Shown: one piece after another, positions 58,892 to 64,000 of the stretch | Layout of the letters: every line of letters starts with the position of its first letter | Numbering within the stretch: position 1 is the first letter of the stretch | Assembly: GCA_019358935.1 (NCBI GenBank) | Contig: JAHHIK010000012.1 | Span: 1-64,000 of the forward strand | Reading direction: 5' to 3' | From: Tolypothrix carrinoi HA7290-LM1 | Lineage (GTDB): Bacteria; Cyanobacteriota; Cyanobacteriia; Cyanobacteriales; Nostocaceae | DNA length: 64,000 nucleotides | Program-made: the position numbers and the translations under genes | The notes under the pieces: model-generated | The model's database searches: none | Seen by the model: only the letters and a program-made list of their open reading frames with translations | Told to the model about the DNA's origin: nothing

Positions 58892-59216
58892 AAAATACCC
58901 CTAGTTCTTCTTGAGCCTCTCCCCCGTTAGTTTATATCTGAATTCGGGGGAAAAACGAATGAACTAGGGGAAATGGGGAATGGGGCATTGGGCATGGGGC
59001 ATGGGGGAGGCAGTGCGTTGCGGAGGTCACGAACGTTGTAGCACCTGCCGTCATGGGGCATTGGGCATGGGGCAGGAGGAAGGGGGAAGGGGAAAAGGGG
59101 AAGGGGGAAAGGGAAAATATTTCTTCTTTCTTGTCCTTTACCCAAAACCCTTTACCCAAAACCCCTCTTCTAATCCCCATTGCCCAATGCGATAGGGCCC
59201 AATGCCCAATTACCAA

Positions 59217-60332
59217 TTACCTTCCTAAGACTTCAATCCGCACTGGTGCTACACCACTGCCCATCATTCCTAAAACGCGGGCAGCGGCAACAGAAAGGTC
59301 AATTACTCGACCGCGAATGAATGGACCGCGATCGTTAATTCGCACTACTACAGAACGACCGTTGCGGGTGTTGGTGACGCGGACTCGCGTACCAAAGGGT
59401 AAATGGCGATGGGCAGCTGTTAGTTTTTCTGGATTAAATCTCTGACCGCTGGCGGTGCGATTGCCGGAACCATCATAGCCATAATAAGAAGCTACTCCCC
59501 TGAGGGAGACTTTCACAGGTCCGACATTAATCTCTGATGGCAATTTTGGTATTGATAGTGGCGATCGCGTCGGTAAGTTAAGAATCTGGTTTAGGGGAGA
59601 AGCATTGCCTAGTAATCTCCGCAAGCGATTGGTGGCTTGCAATGCGTCTTGTGCCAGATTATTGGTTGTGTCTGGCGATCGCGTTTGATCGTTGATTTCG
59701 ACCAATTCTTCGTTATTGACTTTGATGATATAGCGATCGCTCGATGTTTGGTCAGCAGAGACACTTTTATTTTGTGCTTGATTTGTTGTCGCGCTAACAG
59801 CTTTCCAACTGACGATTATTTGACTGGCGTCTACATTTTCCCGGCTTAACTGGTTTATCTTCGCTGCTACTACACCAGCTCTTTGAACCGGGTCATCATC
59901 GCCAATGTTTGTTTGGTTACTAACAAAAGTTATAGTTTCAACACTGGCTTCTTTTACAGAAGTGTCAGCAACAGCATTGTTTGACTGTGTACTTTGAGTA
60001 TCACCACCAGTTACACCAACTTTGGTATCTACTTTGGTTTCTTCGCTCTTGACTGGTGTAGAACTGACAAAGGTGAGAACAGGAATTTTGCGAATAAATA
60101 GCGTTGCAGCTTGACGACCTCCAATATTGTGAGGATGAATTTCCGTAATTACGGCATCCGAGGTAAGGTTCCCTGCTGAGGATTGATACTCTCCCACCTT
60201 GACGATATCGGCTGAAGGTGTTTTTTGGGAAGCGGTATCCGTTTCCTTGGCTGTTTGAGCGCGACCGATTGAGGGCATTCCCAAAACAGTCATAAACAGG
60301 GTGACAATAGTCCACAAATGTCTTTGATTCAT
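59217..60332 (-). CDS. rlpA: RlpA-family septal lytic transglycosylase
   Basis: ASYYG...TASG...TAAHR.LPFGT...RINDRGPF. Confidence 0.9.
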   Translation of the reverse strand: MNQRHLWTIVTLFMTVLGMPSIGRAQTAKETDTASQKTPSADIVKVGEYQSSAGNLTSDAVITEIHPHNIGGRQAATLFIRKIPVLTFVSSTPVKSEETKVDTKVGVTGGDTQSTQSNNAVADTSVKEASVETITFVSNQTNIGDDDPVQRAGVVAAKINQLSRENVDASQIIVSWKAVSATTNQAQNKSVSADQTSSDRYIIKVNNEELVEINDQTRSPDTTNNLAQDALQATNRLRRLLGNASPLNQILNLPTRSPLSIPKLPSEINVGPVKVSLRGVASYYGYDGSGNRTASGQRFNPEKLTAAHRHLPFGTRVRVTNTRNGRSVVVRINDRGPFIRGRVIDLSVAAARVLGMMGSGVAPVRIEVLGR

Positions 60333-61258
60333 GCGTCCGTTTTTAAAGCGTGTTAAGAACTGAAGGTTTATCTTTCGTGAGATTTTGCACCACAATCATG
60401 TAAAATGCCCCAAAAATTTAAACTCATTCCCATGAACACTTTTTGTTTATAACTGCAACAGATTAACATGAACCTTTTGCCTAGGGGATCAGGGTTGTAT
60501 CGTAACTCTTGGTAAATTTATCAAATTTAAATTTCAATTTTCAGCACAAAACCTTTCCCAAAAGCGGATTTTGGCTGTTTAATAGTTGTCTGGAAAATTA
60601 AAATTTTTCTTAGGGAAACTTAACAATATTTAGTGGATAAATTGGTTTGGATAGTGTCTCCAACCGCTCATCAAGCTAATTGCTGTATGTGTAATATCGA
60701 AAGCAAAAGTTAATGCACAAAATCGCTTAAAAAACAATAGTATTAACTTTAAAATTTTAAATATAAATACTGATATTTTATTAGATTAATCAATTGATTG
60801 CCTTTCATCTCAGAGTATCTGCAAAACTTGAGATTAATTATCTTTTTCAAATAGTTTGATTCTATACAAACCACGAACCACACAGTCTTAACCGATGTTT
60901 GAGAATTTGTCAAATAAGCCTAGCAGTAATTATGAGTACCAATGAAGTTATAATTTTTTATCGTTAGAGAAAAATGAATAATGAGAAAATTAACCAGAGT
61001 TAATTGGCAAATTTTCACTTTATTTGCCGATATAGCGAAAAACTACGGAAAAGTTTCCCCTACGCTAAAACTGGACAAAAAAGGATGCGCCTTCATCCGA
61101 GGCGGCGGTTCGCGCTCCCAGAATCTTCTGTCCGGCGACACGCCTTTGACTGGTGGGGTGTTGAGGATCTTTAAAACAAGGCTGTCCAATTTTGTCTGAC
61201 TTTTTGGAACCCCGCATCGCCTTTTTCTAGCCTAATTTTTACTCTTTCAGCTGCACTT

Positions 61259-62226
61259 GTGATGGGACAAGAAAATTTAGAAGCTGTTCTCAACGACTTG
61301 CATTGCAAATACAAGTCACTGCAAGATGGTGCAGTAGCTAAATATATACCGGAATTGGCAAAGGTGAATCCGGAGTTGTTTAGCATCTGCGTTGTAACTG
61401 TTGATGGTGAGGTTTACCAAGTTGGTGATGACAAACAGTTATTTACAATCCAGTCGATTTCCAAGGTGTTTGCATATGGACTTGCGCTTGAGGATCATGG
61501 ACGGGATTATGTTTTAACTAGGGTTGGGGTGGAACCGACGGGAGATGCATTTAATGCAATTATTCTAGATGAGCAATCAAATCGACCATTAAATCCAATG
61601 GTAAATGCGCTCCGCGATCGCCACCACCAGTTTAATCAAGGGTAATGGTGCAACCGAACGTCTCAATCGAATGTTGAATATGTTTCGCGGATACATCGGT
61701 CATGATGTATTCGTTGACATCTCCGTATTTACCTCAGAGCGCTCCACCGGACATCGCAACCGGGCAATGGCGCACTTAATGCTAAACTTTGGCATGATCG
61801 ATCCTAACATTGAAGAATCGCTGGATTTGTACTTCCAGCAATGCGCGGTGATGGTAAATTGCTACGACTTAGCAGTTATGGCAGCTACTTTGGCGAAACA
61901 TTGGTATCAATCCGGTTACAAAAGAGCGTGCCGTGAATAGCAGTTATATAAAAGACATTTTGAGCGTCATGTATACCTGCGGCATGTATAATTTTGCCGG
62001 GGAATGGGCTTATAAAATCGGTATTCCTGCGAAAAGCGGTGTTTGTGGTGGAATTATCGCTATAGTACCAAATAAGATGGGAATCGGAGTATTTTCGCCG
62101 CGTCTTGATGCGCGTGGTAACAGTGTTCTGTCGTTGAAGGTGTGTGAAGAACTTTCCCAGCAGTTAGGCTTACATCTATTTGAGTGTTCGCGCAATAATT
62201 TCAAGTCGGGAGATTTATGTAATTAA
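61259..62226 (+). pseudogene. glsA: Glutaminase with two frameshifts (near 61610 and 61896)
   Basis: YIPEL, QSISK, NPMVNA / AIATTS / KSGVCGG lie in three frames. Confidence 0.85.
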
Positions 62227-62544
62227 ATTTTATTTTTCTTAAGTAATAATAACCAGAGATTTGGCAATACAAAAAACCGAATTTCCCCTAATTTATTATC
62301 ATTAGATGAGCCTTTAGGAAGAGTAAATTGTATTTGAAATATTTTATAATTATATAAGGAATGCTTAATGCCCGTTATTCAGATTAAAAAAACTAATAGA
62401 ACGAACATGGGAAATAAGGTTATTAACCTTTATTACCTTGATGTTGACTGTTAAAGCATTGAGTACGAACAAGTTAAAATATTTGAGATTCAATCATAGC
62501 ATCTATATTAGCAAATTTTTCAGATTTGGCAAATTAATAATGTA

Positions 62545-64000
62545 ATGTTGTATTTAGCTACAGTCCTGACAGCTAACTTTGATATACGCCTGATTGTCCT
62601 TTCAATTGCTATTGCCATAATTGGTTCATGCATTGCCTTAGATATAGCTGAACAAATCTCGCTTGCTCAAAAATCCAGTCGGCTGTGGTGGGTGACGGGT
62701 AGCGCACTTACCTTAGGAATTACTATCTGGGTAATGCACTTTATTGGCATTCTTTCATATCGACTGCCGATACGAGTTGAATATGATTATACTATCGTCT
62801 TAATTTCAATGGTAGTAGCAATTGTCGGTTCAGCAATAGGATTTTTTATTATTAGCTGTCAGCCGAAAGTGGGTAACGTAACGTTATTAGTTGGGAGCTT
62901 TTTTGTAGCAGGTGCAATTTATGGAATGCACTATACGGCAATGTTAGCACTGAAAGTTTCTGCCGAGCCGGTGCATGACTTAAAGTTAATTCCTCTGAGT
63001 GCTGGAGTAACGATTGGTAATGCATTAAGCGCTTTCTGGCTAACTTTTCATCCCTTTAAAGAGAAGATTGTATCAACAGAAGTGCGAAAGTTTTACACTG
63101 CTTTGCTGATGGGAGGTGCAATTTGTGGAATGCACTACATGGCAATGGCAGGCATTAAGTTTAAGGTGAAAAATGTTTCAGCCTTGTTAGATGTTCCCGG
63201 AGATAATACCGTATTAATAATTGCAATTAGCATTGGGACTTTAATTATTTTAACATTAGGACAACTGGCTGCTTTTTATGGTCGGCGTTTGAGTGCTGAA
63301 TTGGCAACAACAGAAGCTTTGCGTCAAAGCGAAGAACGGCTAGAAGAATTGGTAAAAGAACGCACTCAAGAATTAGAAGCGGCAAAAATGATTGCCGAAG
63401 CTGCCAACCGTACAAAGTCAGAATTTCTAGCTAATATGAATCATGAATTACGAACACCACTAACTGCAATAATTGGGTTTTCGAGCGTACTTTTACAGAA
63501 AGTCTTTGGTCCGTTGAACGACAAACAAGAACAGTATGTTAAGGGAATCAATAAGTGCGGATATCAACAGTTAAATCTGATTAATGACTTGTTGGATTTA
63601 GCTAAAATTGAGGCAGGACGAGAAGAATTAGATATCGTCACTTTAGCAGTAGAACCTATTTGTCAAGACTGTCTTGCGGTGATTCGCGAACAAGCGATCG
63701 CTCGTGGTTTAGATTTATTATTAGAAATTGCGCCAGATGTTACGATTTGTAATGCTGACGATCGCCGATTGCGGCAGATATTATTAAATTTACTTTCAAA
63801 TGCTGTCAAGTTTACCGAATGCGGCTTTGTGAAACTAAAAGTTGAGAAAAAGTCTGGCTTTATTAACTTTGCGGTAATCGATACTGGTATCGGTATTGCC
63901 CCAGAGGATCAACAAAAGCTTTTTCAAACATTTCAGCAAGTCGGTAGCGATCGCGATCGCCAACGTCAAGGTACAGGATTGGGTCTTGCTTTGTCAAAAA
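62545..64000 (+). CDS. MHYT-domain sensor histidine kinase (runs off the window end)
   Basis: Manual translation: IWVMHFIG, GMHYT, GMHYM, FLANMNHELRTPL, NLLSNAVKFT, DTGIG, GTGLGL. Confidence 0.9.
   Translation, partial: MLYLATVLTANFDIRLIVLSIAIAIIGSCIALDIAEQISLAQKSSRLWWVTGSALTLGITIWVMHFIGILSYRLPIRVEYDYTIVLISMVVAIVGSAIGFFIISCQPKVGNVTLLVGSFFVAGAIYGMHYTAMLALKVSAEPVHDLKLIPLSAGVTIGNALSAFWLTFHPFKEKIVSTEVRKFYTALLMGGAICGMHYMAMAGIKFKVKNVSALLDVPGDNTVLIIAISIGTLIILTLGQLAAFYGRRLSAELATTEALRQSEERLEELVKERTQELEAAKMIAEAANRTKSEFLANMNHELRTPLTAIIGFSSVLLQKVFGPLNDKQEQYVKGINKCGYQQLNLINDLLDLAKIEAGREELDIVTLAVEPICQDCLAVIREQAIARGLDLLLEIAPDVTICNADDRRLRQILLNLLSNAVKFTECGFVKLKVEKKSGFINFAVIDTGIGIAPEDQQKLFQTFQQVGSDRDRQRQGTGLGLALSK

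Noticed and set aside
60981..61199. 72-aa ORF upstream of the glutaminase gene
   Set aside because: No recognisable motif; the GC-rich middle looks like repeat or remnant DNA

Overview
Chromosomal window from a filamentous, probably heterocyst-forming (Nostocales-type) cyanobacterium: HIP1 (GCGATCGC) is abundant, 7- and 9-nt STRR-type tandem repeats fill many spacers, and core genes include psaM, yajQ, ebsA, mgdA, dnaX, gatB, argJ, purM, sodB, panC/cmk and rlpA. Four accessory regions stand out. (1) 1-3.8 kb is a phage/ICE-like remnant with a divergent RHH regulator and operator palindromes, a hairpin-rich leader and small ORFs. It also holds an intact IS110-family recombinase, preceded by a complete type I hammerhead ribozyme (2039-2095). 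Predicted self-cleavage would define the 5' end of a ~220-nt structured RNA lying where IS110 bridge RNAs are found. This is the best candidate for an undescribed system. (2) 7-22 kb is a Zur-box-marked zinc-starvation/cobalamin island (COG0523 GTPases, atypical metallophosphoesterases, B12 riboswitch with TonB/ABC uptake genes, znuABC). (3) 43.2-43.6 kb has three promoter-sRNA-terminator units with an NsiR1-like 5' motif. (4) 49.4-55.3 kb has integron-type gene cassettes with attC sites but no integrase in the window, headed by a ~40-bp-period repeat array ending in a GTTAGAC crossover site. All family calls come from motifs read by eye; no searches or folding programs were run.
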